Shown piece by piece: positions 20,146 to 27,942 of a DNA stretch of 62,849 nucleotides. Below the pieces are notes generated by a model. The model saw nothing but the letters and a program-made list of their open reading frames with translations, had not been told where the DNA came from and searched no databases. Position 1 is the first letter of the stretch. Each line of letters begins with the position of its first letter. Source of the stretch: a virus (taxonomy: Duplodnaviria; Caudoviricetes); the IMG/VR virus record IMGVR_UViG_3300038492_000542, positions 1 to 62,849 of that record; one strand, written 5' to 3'. The position numbers were made by a program, and so were the translations under genes.

Positions 20146-20778
20146 ATGTTACTTAAAATTGAAATCGACTTGGAAGATATGTTTGATAATGCTGCTCATG
20201 ATTCTTTTATTGAAGGTTGTGAAGAAGGATATGAAGGTAGATCCCATTCATGCAATCTTAAAGAATCTGTAAAACAAGAAATTATAAATAGCATCAAAAG
20301 CAAAATATCAAAAGATTGCATATCTTCTGTAGAGAGTAAGTCAAAGGATGCCATAGAAAAGGCTATTTCAGAATCCGTATTAACAGCGAAGCAAGTGATA
20401 GAGGATAGGGCGCTTCAGTTTGTTAATGAGTGGCTAGAAAAGAAAACGGTTATATCCGACAAGTGGGGCGATCCGGTCAATGAGCTAACTATATCAGAGC
20501 TTATCAAGCAGCAATTTGATGATCTGCTGGAGCGAAAAGTTACTAAAGATGGTAAGTTTTCAAATGGGTATGGAGCCGAAACTAAGCTTATAAATTATCT
20601 TGTTGGCGACAAGGTTAAGGAAGAGGTTGGCGCAAGGCTTTCGCAATTTAATCGTGATATTGACAATCAAATTAAAGCTCATATTGAAAGCGGAATCAAA
20701 GAATCTGTATCTAATAAATTTGCAGAAATGGTTATACAGACCGCCAAGTCTCAGAACAATAAAATAGGCAATGGATAA
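20146..20778 (+). CDS. Hypothetical helical protein
   Basis: 210-aa ORF with D.WG motif. Confidence 0.6.
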   Translation: MLLKIEIDLEDMFDNAAHDSFIEGCEEGYEGRSHSCNLKESVKQEIINSIKSKISKDCISSVESKSKDAIEKAISESVLTAKQVIEDRALQFVNEWLEKKTVISDKWGDPVNELTISELIKQQFDDLLERKVTKDGKFSNGYGAETKLINYLVGDKVKEEVGARLSQFNRDIDNQIKAHIESGIKESVSNKFAEMVIQTAKSQNNKIGNG

Positions 20779-20795
20779 TAAATGGAGTCTGATAA

Positions 20796-21152
20796 ATGAC
20801 TAAAAAAGAAATAATAGCTCTATTTAAGGAGTGGTGGAAAGGTAACTACAGCATATCCTATGAGGACTTGAGCATTTCTCAGGATGCTTTTGTATACGCT
20901 TATCTTAAGGCATCTAAAAAAGAATGGATAAAAGTCGAAGACCGATTGCCAGAAGATCAGATTGGAGTTATTGTGGTTAGATCTCCAACAAAAGAGCAGC
21001 TCTCTATGGAAGATGGATACTCACCAATAATAATGTCAGCAATTGATAGCGTGGCGGGATCATGGTACGACTTTAATGACGGTGAAGATATCGACACTCG
21101 TTATTTTAATATCACTCACTGGATGCCATTGCCAGAACTACCAATAGATTAA
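20796..21152 (+). CDS. DUF551 domain protein
   Basis: WIKVEDRLPE ... ITHWMPLPELP. Confidence 0.85.
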   Translation: MTKKEIIALFKEWWKGNYSISYEDLSISQDAFVYAYLKASKKEWIKVEDRLPEDQIGVIVVRSPTKEQLSMEDGYSPIIMSAIDSVAGSWYDFNDGEDIDTRYFNITHWMPLPELPID

Positions 21153-21160
21153 GGTGATTT

Positions 21161-21340
21161 ATGAAAAAGTTATTTTTAACATCGTTTCCGCATGGCGAGT
21201 TAAGGCTTGTTGAAGTTATCGGTCAGTCACCACACAAGGAGGGTGGCATATACATTAGATACCTAGATGGCCCAAGAGCCGGAGGAACCGATACCACAAC
21301 AAATGATTTTTTGTTTGATATTCCAAGTGATTTAAAATAA
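21161..21340 (+). CDS. Hypothetical 59-aa protein (not in ORF track)
   Basis: AAGGTG SD, ATG...TAA read by hand, fills the gap between genes. Confidence 0.5.
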   Translation: MKKLFLTSFPHGELRLVEVIGQSPHKEGGIYIRYLDGPRAGGTDTTTNDFLFDIPSDLK

Positions 21341-21344
21341 AAAG

Positions 21345-21677
21345 GTGATGAAGATGAATAAAAATCAAAGAGGATCAGCGTTCGTTGATATGCTTATTGT
21401 ATTGGCAATACTGGGAGTAATAGCGTCTATTGTATACACGCTGATTATTAATGTTTTCCCTGAAAGTAAATACAGCCCTGATTGGCCAATGTCACAAACC
21501 GGTTTTGTTGAAGGCTATGAGGATGCCAGCACTGAATTTTCTAAAACCATGGTTGTCACTGATTTCGGAACATTCAAGGTTAGAGGGTCAGTTTCTGGCC
21601 TTTACGGCGAGGAGGTTGGCCTGCAGGGCGATAAGGTATGCTTTCCTAAACGCGGTGTTTGCTACAAGATTATTTGA
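21345..21677 (+). CDS. Prepilin-like protein
   Basis: KNQRG|SAFVDMLIVLAILGVIASIV resembles a class III signal peptide. Confidence 0.6.
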   Translation: MMKMNKNQRGSAFVDMLIVLAILGVIASIVYTLIINVFPESKYSPDWPMSQTGFVEGYEDASTEFSKTMVVTDFGTFKVRGSVSGLYGEEVGLQGDKVCFPKRGVCYKII

Positions 21678-21692
21678 CTGGTGGTAAATAAA

Positions 21693-21711
21693 TGGGTGGA
21701 GATTATCCACC
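21693..21711. terminator. Hairpin between convergent genes
   Basis: GGGTGGA-GATTA-TCCACCC. Confidence 0.55.
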
Positions 21712-21717
21712 CTTACA

Positions 21718-22023
21718 TTATTTTGATTCGCTAAGCTTCTCTCTTAGCAAATACCCTTCAAGCTGCCAGATCTTTTGCTTGGCATTTTCCCTTGCGTATT
21801 TTCGTCCAAGCTCTTCATTGAAATTTTCAGGGCTGGCACATGCCGATTCGCCAAGTACCGTAAAACCGTTTTTAAGCGTTAGTAGGCAAGCGGTAAGTGT
21901 GGTATCAGGAAACACATGATACTGCTCTTTATCAATAACCTCCTCTAGACGCTCTACGGTTACGCGTGGCGCGGTTAAGCCTTTTTCCTGAATTTCTTTT
22001 TCAGCTTCTTCAAGATTCATCAA
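21718..22023 (-). CDS. N4 Gp49/Sf6 gp66 family protein (candidate Acb4-type sponge)
   Basis: APRVT...T.C.L.LKNGFTV.GESACASPENF.EELG...A...A..KIW.LEGYLL motif. Confidence 0.8.
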   Translation of the reverse strand: MMNLEEAEKEIQEKGLTAPRVTVERLEEVIDKEQYHVFPDTTLTACLLTLKNGFTVLGESACASPENFNEELGRKYARENAKQKIWQLEGYLLREKLSESK

Positions 22024-22097
22024 TCAATTTCCTATTTGGTTTGTGTGTTAAAGCGTCGGTTAATTTAACCTAGTGTCAAAATATTATCAAATAGGGG

Positions 22098-22126
22098 TTT
22101 ACATGGTCAAAACATTGACGCATTAT
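22098..22126 (+). promoter_or_regulatory. Sigma70 promoter for the Rha/Ant-replication operon
   Basis: TTTACA-17-CATTAT. Confidence 0.55.
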
Positions 22127-22131
22127 TGGTA

Positions 22132-22189
22132 TCGCGGCTAGGTGTGGAGTAGCTACCCATCGAAAGCCTGCCTCCTGAGGTTGCCGCGA
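22132..22189 (+). ncRNA. Structured leader/antisense-type RNA upstream of antirepressor
   Basis: TCGCGGC/GCCGCGA closing stem with internal hairpins; contains CCTCCTG, complementary to the downstream SD CAGGAGG. Confidence 0.5.
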
Positions 22190-22228
22190 ATTTAATGGTC
22201 AGGGGGAACAATATAACCAGGAGGAATT

Positions 22229-22912
22229 ATGCAGCATACCCAAGTTGCGCCTTCCGCGCACGTCAAAACTATGTCATCTCGCGAGATAGCTAATCTTGTT
22301 GGGAGTAGTCATAGCAATATAAAGGTTTCAGCCAAAAGGCTTGCCAAAAAGGGAACCATTGCATTGCAAGGGTCAACCTTTGATCATAATGGAAACACCT
22401 ATACAGAGTTCTTGCTAAATAAGCGCGACTCACTAATTCTTGTTGCTCAGAATTGTCCAGAATTTACTGCGGCTATTGTTGACCGATGGCAAGAGCTAGA
22501 GTCCAAACAAAGAGAATTTGAAGTCCCTCAAACCATGGGTGAGGCGCTAAGGCTTGCTGCCGACCTATCAGACCAGGTGGCAGCAAAAAACCTTCTTATA
22601 GAGCAACAGAAGCCCGCCGTTGAGTTCGTAGACAGCTACGTCAAATCAACCGGCAACAAATCATTCAGGCAGGTTGCCAAGCTTCTTAAGATCAAAGAGC
22701 CAGCATTCAGGCAGTTCCTGAGTGACCACAAGATCATGTATCGCCTGGGTGGCGAGTGGGCCGCCTATCAAAACCATATCGACGCCGGCCGCTTCTATGT
22801 GTCGACCGGTACCGCGAATGATCATGCCTATACAACAACCAGATTTACACCAAAAGGTGTCAGTTGGATATCACAAAAGCTAAAAGAGATCGAAGAAAAT
22901 GCAGTGGTTTAA
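22229..22912 (+). CDS. Rha family/antirepressor protein with KilAC (ANT) domain
   Basis: TMSSREIA.L, FTAAIVDRWQELE, PQTMGEALRLAADL, RFTPKGVSWI. Confidence 0.9.
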   Translation: MQHTQVAPSAHVKTMSSREIANLVGSSHSNIKVSAKRLAKKGTIALQGSTFDHNGNTYTEFLLNKRDSLILVAQNCPEFTAAIVDRWQELESKQREFEVPQTMGEALRLAADLSDQVAAKNLLIEQQKPAVEFVDSYVKSTGNKSFRQVAKLLKIKEPAFRQFLSDHKIMYRLGGEWAAYQNHIDAGRFYVSTGTANDHAYTTTRFTPKGVSWISQKLKEIEENAVV

Positions 22913-23888
22913 ACATGATTCTAATGCAAATATGGATGCAAAACTGCAAGAAGTTTTGCTTGATTATGGCTTAGAAGGCTATGGACTTTACTGGTATTGC
23001 ATTGAGCTTATAGCGGGAAAGGTCGGCAAGGATAACATCACTTTTAAGCTTGAGCATGATGCCAGAGTGATAGCCAGAAACACTGGAACAAGTGTTACTA
23101 GAACTGAAGAAATGATGAGGAAATTCATAGAGTTAGGTTTATTTGAGGGGTCATACGGAAACATAACTTGCCTTAAATTGGCTAGACGTTTAGACCAGTC
23201 AATGACCAGCAATCCTGAGATGAGAGCTATGATTCAGAGCTTGAAGAATCATGATGCCGTCATGACACCATCAAGAGATTCCGTGACGGAGTCATGCAAG
23301 AATAGAATAGATAAGAATAGAATAGATAAGAATAAAACTAATACATCGGATAAATCCGATATTGATATATTGAATATTTTCGGTCATTGGTGTTCTCGAA
23401 TGAAAAAAGCGAATAACACCAAGCTCACCAAAGATCGAAAGGCCAAGATCAAGGCGAGACTCAAGGAGGGATATACAGTTGATCAGATTAAGCAAGCCAT
23501 TGATGGCTGTGCCAGATCTCCATACCACATGGGTCAAAACGACCAAGGCACCGTATACGACGACCTCACTTTGATTTGCCGCAATGGATCAAAGATCGAA
23601 TGGTTTATTAACAACATTGGAAAAGTTCAGGGGGCTAGCCATGGCCAACAAAATCAATTTACCAACGGACAAGCAGGGCTTAGCGCAGTTGAGCGATCAG
23701 CAGCAAAAATCAATGCTAATCGCGCAGCAAGAGGAGAAGCGCCGCTTGGCCACGCAGAACCTAGCGGAGAAGCTTTGGACACGACTTGCGGACATGTACG
23801 GGTACAAGTTCCTGAAACAGTTCGGGGATGTTCCGAGCGACACTTGGGTGAGGTGCTTGAAGGGGATTACAGCGAAGCAAATGGCTGA
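22899..23888 (+). CDS. Phage replication initiator (O-like)
   Basis: N-terminal WFKHDS...YGLEGYGLYW; internal repeats; C-terminal RLKEGYTVDQIKQAID...YDDLTLICR domain. Confidence 0.75.
   Translation: MQWFKHDSNANMDAKLQEVLLDYGLEGYGLYWYCIELIAGKVGKDNITFKLEHDARVIARNTGTSVTRTEEMMRKFIELGLFEGSYGNITCLKLARRLDQSMTSNPEMRAMIQSLKNHDAVMTPSRDSVTESCKNRIDKNRIDKNKTNTSDKSDIDILNIFGHWCSRMKKANNTKLTKDRKAKIKARLKEGYTVDQIKQAIDGCARSPYHMGQNDQGTVYDDLTLICRNGSKIEWFINNIGKVQGASHGQQNQFTNGQAGLSAVERSAAKINANRAARGEAPLGHAEPSGEALDTTCGHVRVQVPETVRGCSERHLGEVLEGDYSEANG
23250..23336. repeat. Putative replication origin within initiator gene
   Basis: TCATG-containing short palindromes followed by tandem AAGAATAGAATAGAT x2 and an A-rich tract. 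Confidence 0.45.
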
Positions 23889-24249
23889 TGGCCTTGAAAG
23901 GGCCCTAGATAAACACCCTGAATGGCCGCCGGCTGCCGCTCAGTTTCGCGCCTTGTGCCTTGACCGGCAAACGGATGCTGAAGGCAATGATTTAATCAAG
24001 CGTGTTGGAATCTACGAAACGCGCCTACTCGATGAGGTGGTTGAGTACGACGCAAATGGCAGAGTTGTAAAAATCGAGAAAAAAGAAAGATCGCTTGCGA
24101 TTGAGAGTGATGAGATCAAAGAGCGACGAGAAAAAACGGCGTCTCAAACCCTGAACAGCCTGACCGATATGTTCAAGGATGCGAAGCCGCCAGAACACAA
24201 AAATTTACGGGATCACATAAATGAAATCGAACGTAACCTATCTAAATAA
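23641..24249 (+). CDS. Replication protein P-like helicase loader
   Basis: LW..L..MYG.KF..QFG...W...L.G.T..Q...GL......WPP.A..FR.LC; follows the initiator. Confidence 0.65.
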   Translation: MANKINLPTDKQGLAQLSDQQQKSMLIAQQEEKRRLATQNLAEKLWTRLADMYGYKFLKQFGDVPSDTWVRCLKGITAKQMADGLERALDKHPEWPPAAAQFRALCLDRQTDAEGNDLIKRVGIYETRLLDEVVEYDANGRVVKIEKKERSLAIESDEIKERREKTASQTLNSLTDMFKDAKPPEHKNLRDHINEIERNLSK

Positions 24250-24496
24250 CCTTAGCGCGGCCAGAAAGGCCGAAATTAGCGCAAGAAATGAAAATCAGCT
24301 ACGTGAGCTTTCGTGCGCACCTAAAAACGGCTCACAGGCGATTCTAGGGCTGATTCCAAATTGCTATAAGAGTGAGTGGCACATGTTTGCGCCTGCAAAC
24401 TATTTGGCCATGCTAGACAAGATGGGGATATCTTTGTGTATAAGATTTTATCCTGTCAATGACAATGCTAGGGATTGGGCTAATGAGCAAGTGTAA
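24221..24496 (+). CDS. Hypothetical protein
   Basis: Coupled 91-aa ORF. Confidence 0.45.
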   Translation: MKSNVTYLNNLSAARKAEISARNENQLRELSCAPKNGSQAILGLIPNCYKSEWHMFAPANYLAMLDKMGISLCIRFYPVNDNARDWANEQV

Positions 24497-25505
24497 TATT
24501 GTTAGCATATCAGGTGGCAAGGACAGTACTGCAACCGCGCTCTTGGCCATAGATAATGAGGTTGAAAACTTGAGATTTGTTTTTGCTGATACCGGTCATG
24601 AGCATGATATAACGTATCAGCATATTGACTATCTTAATGATAAGTTTAAAGAGTTGTGTGGCATTGGAATTGATTGTGTAAAGGCTGACTTTTCCGAAAA
24701 GATAAAAGCAAAAAGGCAGGGATTAATAGACCATATCATTACAATGTCTGAATGCGGAAAATCCAACAAGAGATTAAAATCTTACACTCCAGAGATCGTG
24801 GAAAGAATGGTTGATAATCTAGAGCCTACTGGAAATTCATTTGCGGATCTTGCTATTTGGAAGGGTAGATTTCCCTCTACTCGTGCTCGCTTTTGCTCAG
24901 AGGAGTTAAAGCACAGGCCGCTAAATGATTATATAAACTCATTTGTTGGTGAGTTTAATGCAATCATAAGCTGGCAGGGAGTAAGGCGCGATGAAAGTGA
25001 GGAGCGATCAACTCTGAATGAGAAAGATGTTGAATTTGGCAGCTGGGAACCAGAACCATTCGGACACCTAATTTATAGACCAATACTTGACTGGAAAGCT
25101 CAAGACACTTTCGATTTTGCTGATCGTTTTGGTGTAAATCCTAACCCGCTATACAAAATGGGAATGGGGCGTGTCGGTTGTATGCCTTGCATTCATGCAA
25201 CAAAGCATGAGGTTAGGTCAATAGAAAGATATCTTCCAGATGTTATTGATAAAATGGTTGATATGGAAAGCAGGGTTAGTGAATCTTGCAAGAGAGGATG
25301 TTCAACATTTATGGATGCTAGGGTTACCGCTAAATATCTGGGTACAGGGAAGACGATAGATGACATTAAAATAAGCACTCATGGATTTAAAACTTATGTC
25401 GATTATGCGAGAACCGAAAGGGGAGGCAGGCAGCAAAGTTTGATAGCGGCTATCGATCTAACCTCTGAGAAAACGTGCAGTTCAATTTATGGTCTTTGTG
25501 AATAA
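24483..25505 (+). CDS. PAPS-reductase family (PP-loop) protein
   Basis: SISGGKDS, FADTG, RFCSEELK, QGVRRDES..R, RVGCMPC, C-terminal CSSIYGLCE. Confidence 0.9.
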   Translation: MSKCNIVSISGGKDSTATALLAIDNEVENLRFVFADTGHEHDITYQHIDYLNDKFKELCGIGIDCVKADFSEKIKAKRQGLIDHIITMSECGKSNKRLKSYTPEIVERMVDNLEPTGNSFADLAIWKGRFPSTRARFCSEELKHRPLNDYINSFVGEFNAIISWQGVRRDESEERSTLNEKDVEFGSWEPEPFGHLIYRPILDWKAQDTFDFADRFGVNPNPLYKMGMGRVGCMPCIHATKHEVRSIERYLPDVIDKMVDMESRVSESCKRGCSTFMDARVTAKYLGTGKTIDDIKISTHGFKTYVDYARTERGGRQQSLIAAIDLTSEKTCSSIYGLCE

Positions 25506-25511
25506 CTAACG

Positions 25512-25790
25512 GTGAATATTATGGATTTTCAACTTTTTGATTTTTTGGTTTTTTTCATTCCTGTGTGCTGGGCGCTTTTGAGCTTGGTGAATTTATGGGA
25601 TGTTGCTAGAACGATTTGTGAGACTTGGAGCTGGTCGGGGTTTTGGCAGGCTGCCACTAAATCTAGCGTTTCTGGTGATACCGAACATAGCCAAATCCAT
25701 GGTGAAAACTTGTCTTTAGCGGTGCTTGCTGTATTTCTTTTTGTCTTATCTGGTCCAATTGGCGTTATTTTTGGTGAAAAATATTCTTGA
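25512..25790 (+). CDS. Hypothetical membrane protein
   Basis: Two hydrophobic segments. Confidence 0.45.
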   Translation: MNIMDFQLFDFLVFFIPVCWALLSLVNLWDVARTICETWSWSGFWQAATKSSVSGDTEHSQIHGENLSLAVLAVFLFVLSGPIGVIFGEKYS

Positions 25791-25814
25791 CACGGTTTGA
25801 TAATATATTATTAT
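25787..25814 (+). promoter_or_regulatory. Promoter for rdgC with operator-like motif in the spacer
   Basis: TTGACA-16-TATTAT containing TTTGATAATATATT. Confidence 0.6.
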
Positions 25815-25862
25815 GCGCATCAAGGGTTAGGAAATCGATGCGCATAACTAGCAAGGGTTAAA

Positions 25863-26705
25863 ATGATGAAGGCAGTCACGGCATACAGACTAAGCGAAGA
25901 TAATAATAAATTCTTTGATGGTATCGGTGATCAAATGAATACTTATCTTGAGCGCAATGAGTTCAAGCCATGTCAAAAGCTTGAGATCTATAGTCACGGA
26001 TTTATTAAAACGCCTAGCAATGAGTTTTGCACATCGGTTATGGGTTCGCATCATTTTATTTATCAGCGTCAAGATAAGATTTTGCCGGCTTCCGTTATTA
26101 ATGATTTTGTTAAAGATAAAATCGAAAGTATTTTTGATCTTGAAGGTAGAAAGGTTGGCAGAAAAGAGCGCAAGGATATCAAAGATGAGTTGATGTTTGA
26201 GTTGCTACCCAAGGCCTTTACTAAAAAAATACAAGTTCCATGTTTTATTAAGGGTGATAAGATTTTTATTGGATGCTCATCGACAAAGCGCGCTGAGGAA
26301 ATCTGTTCTTTAGTTCGAGATTCAATGGGTAATCTTCCAATTTTGCCATTGGAAAGAATATCGCTGGATGAATTGGCTAAAAGCTATGAAGAGGGTGATA
26401 TAATACCTCTAGATAAAATTAAACTTGTTCAAGCAAAAGGCGGTGCCACATCTAGCCATAAGCATATACCTGTTTTTAGTGATGAGGTTAGAACTGCTTT
26501 TGATGCCGGCATGAGCGTTGAAGAAATAGCCATAGAATACAAGGAAAACTTCAGCGCGACATACACAACATCTCGACAGCTAAAAAGCCTTAAATTAAGC
26601 GATGAAATTAAATTTGAGGCACAGGATGGTTGTGAAACTGAAGCCGATCTTTGGCAGGCAACGCAAATAATTTTATCCGATGTTATTGGTGAGTTTTATG
26701 GATAA
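25863..26705 (+). CDS. rdgC: Recombination-associated protein RdgC
   Basis: F.PC...E..S.GF, KILPASVI, EGRKVGRKERKDIKDE...ELLPKAF, S.KRAEE....R. Confidence 0.88.
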   Translation: MMKAVTAYRLSEDNNKFFDGIGDQMNTYLERNEFKPCQKLEIYSHGFIKTPSNEFCTSVMGSHHFIYQRQDKILPASVINDFVKDKIESIFDLEGRKVGRKERKDIKDELMFELLPKAFTKKIQVPCFIKGDKIFIGCSSTKRAEEICSLVRDSMGNLPILPLERISLDELAKSYEEGDIIPLDKIKLVQAKGGATSSHKHIPVFSDEVRTAFDAGMSVEEIAIEYKENFSATYTTSRQLKSLKLSDEIKFEAQDGCETEADLWQATQIILSDVIGEFYG

Positions 26706-26997
26706 AATAGATTGGAAGTTTGTAAGCAAGACTGAGGGTTATATTTCGCTTAAAAAAAGCTATATTGAAAGATTGAATTATCTTAATTGCTCATATTCAA
26801 GAAGAAAAAATATTAAAATTATAAAGCAGGATCATTATTCTGATTTCAGAGAGTGCATAGGTAGGGTTATGAAATTTTCTAACCTATGGGGTATTGATTT
26901 CCATATTTTATTGAATCACTTTGAAAAAAATAGAAAAACTTGCTATGTTTATTTTTACAGTAGTTGGAATTTGATTAACTATAAACCAAGTCTGTAA
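26698..26997 (+). CDS. Hypothetical protein
   Basis: AT-rich ORF overlapping the rdgC stop. Confidence 0.5.
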   Translation: MDKIDWKFVSKTEGYISLKKSYIERLNYLNCSYSRRKNIKIIKQDHYSDFRECIGRVMKFSNLWGIDFHILLNHFEKNRKTCYVYFYSSWNLINYKPSL

Positions 26998-27281
26998 GAT
27001 GGTCGCTCGAAGAGAAAAAGCCGAACTGATTACGATGTCGAGATCATAAAGGTAAGGTAAGTATCTGATTAATGCGGGTGATAGGGTAAACTCGAATAAT
27101 ACCTAGTGACTGCATTTTGTGAAGACTGCATAAATAGATTCTCACGCTAAGCCTTTGCAGCTAACGTGACAACAGTTCGGCCATCAGGGCTGTGAGGATC
27201 AACTAAAGTTTTTATTTGTAATTCTCTTTGAAGGTGATTGCAAATAAGAATTTGCAAACCCCCTCGGCATAAAGGAGGGGG

Positions 27282-27390
27282 CACTAGAAACAGCTCTTGG
27301 TGTGCTTGATGGGCGATTCAAGCGGCATAATTCGCGAAATGTCAGGTTTTAGCCCGAGGGTTCGACTCCCTACAAGAGCTGTTTCTAGTG
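27282..27390 (+). ncRNA. tRNA-like cloverleaf inside an 18-bp perfect terminal stem
   Basis: CACTAGAAACAGCTCTTG/CAAGAGCTGTTTCTAGTG; D-like arm GCTTGA/TCAAGC; T-arm AGGG-TTCGACT-CCCT. Confidence 0.6.
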
Positions 27391-27735
27391 TTCTGAATGT
27401 AAAGTAGACTAGGTATGGTTGCCATCTACGATTTAGTTCACTGCCAGATAAGGCTAAAATCCGTCACGGTAAACGACGTTAAAATGCGAACCCTTCTTGC
27501 CAGTATTATGTGGTCCATAAATCTGGGTGCTGATGACACTAACATCATGACAAGCTGGGAAAGTACCAGCCCTATACCGTTGATGGTTGAGGTTGTGTTG
27601 CGCACAACGAATACGGGTAAAAGGCTGACAGTCGGGAAAGTACCGGCAACTTACGGTCTGGTCGGCGCCTATATTATGACTCCCCCTAATCTTCGCTGGG
27701 ATTGGGGTTCTGGTAACGGGTAATGAGAATTGATT

Positions 27736-27847
27736 GGTTGCTGAGACTGATTTTTCGTGACTTCGTTATTAGTGAATCCTCAGCGAGATTCGGAAAGCGA
27801 AAATCATGCGGATTGGTTGGAGGTGAAACCCCTTGCTCAGACCGCCA
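27736..27847 (+). ncRNA. tRNA-like element ending in GCCA with large insertion
   Basis: GGT(TG)CTGAG/CTCAGACC-G-CCA; T-like arm GAGG-TGAAACC-CCTT; internal TGATTTT(T)CG/CGAAAATCA stem. Confidence 0.4.
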
Positions 27848-27853
27848 ATTTAT

Positions 27854-27942
27854 GACTTGTAATTGTGAGGTGTGCAATAGCTTTGTGTGGCGGACTAGGG
27901 CCCTCAAAAGCTTGGCAGTTCGATTCTGTCTGCAGGTCACCA
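27854..27942 (+). ncRNA. Non-canonical tRNA-like RNA ending in ACCA
   Basis: 8-bp acceptor GACTTGTA/TGCAGGTC, T-arm GGCAG-TTCGATT-CTGTC, D-like arm, extended arm in place of the anticodon loop. Confidence 0.6.

Noticed and set aside
27282-27390. Bacterial Y RNA (YrlA)
   Set aside because: Arm order is D, anticodon, variable, T with the long stem at the acceptor position, not the permuted YrlA layout; no Ro/Rsr gene seen
27854-27942. Canonical tRNA or tRNA-Sec call (8/5 fold)
   Set aside because: No 7-nt anticodon loop, no UCA anticodon in position, and no separate long variable arm
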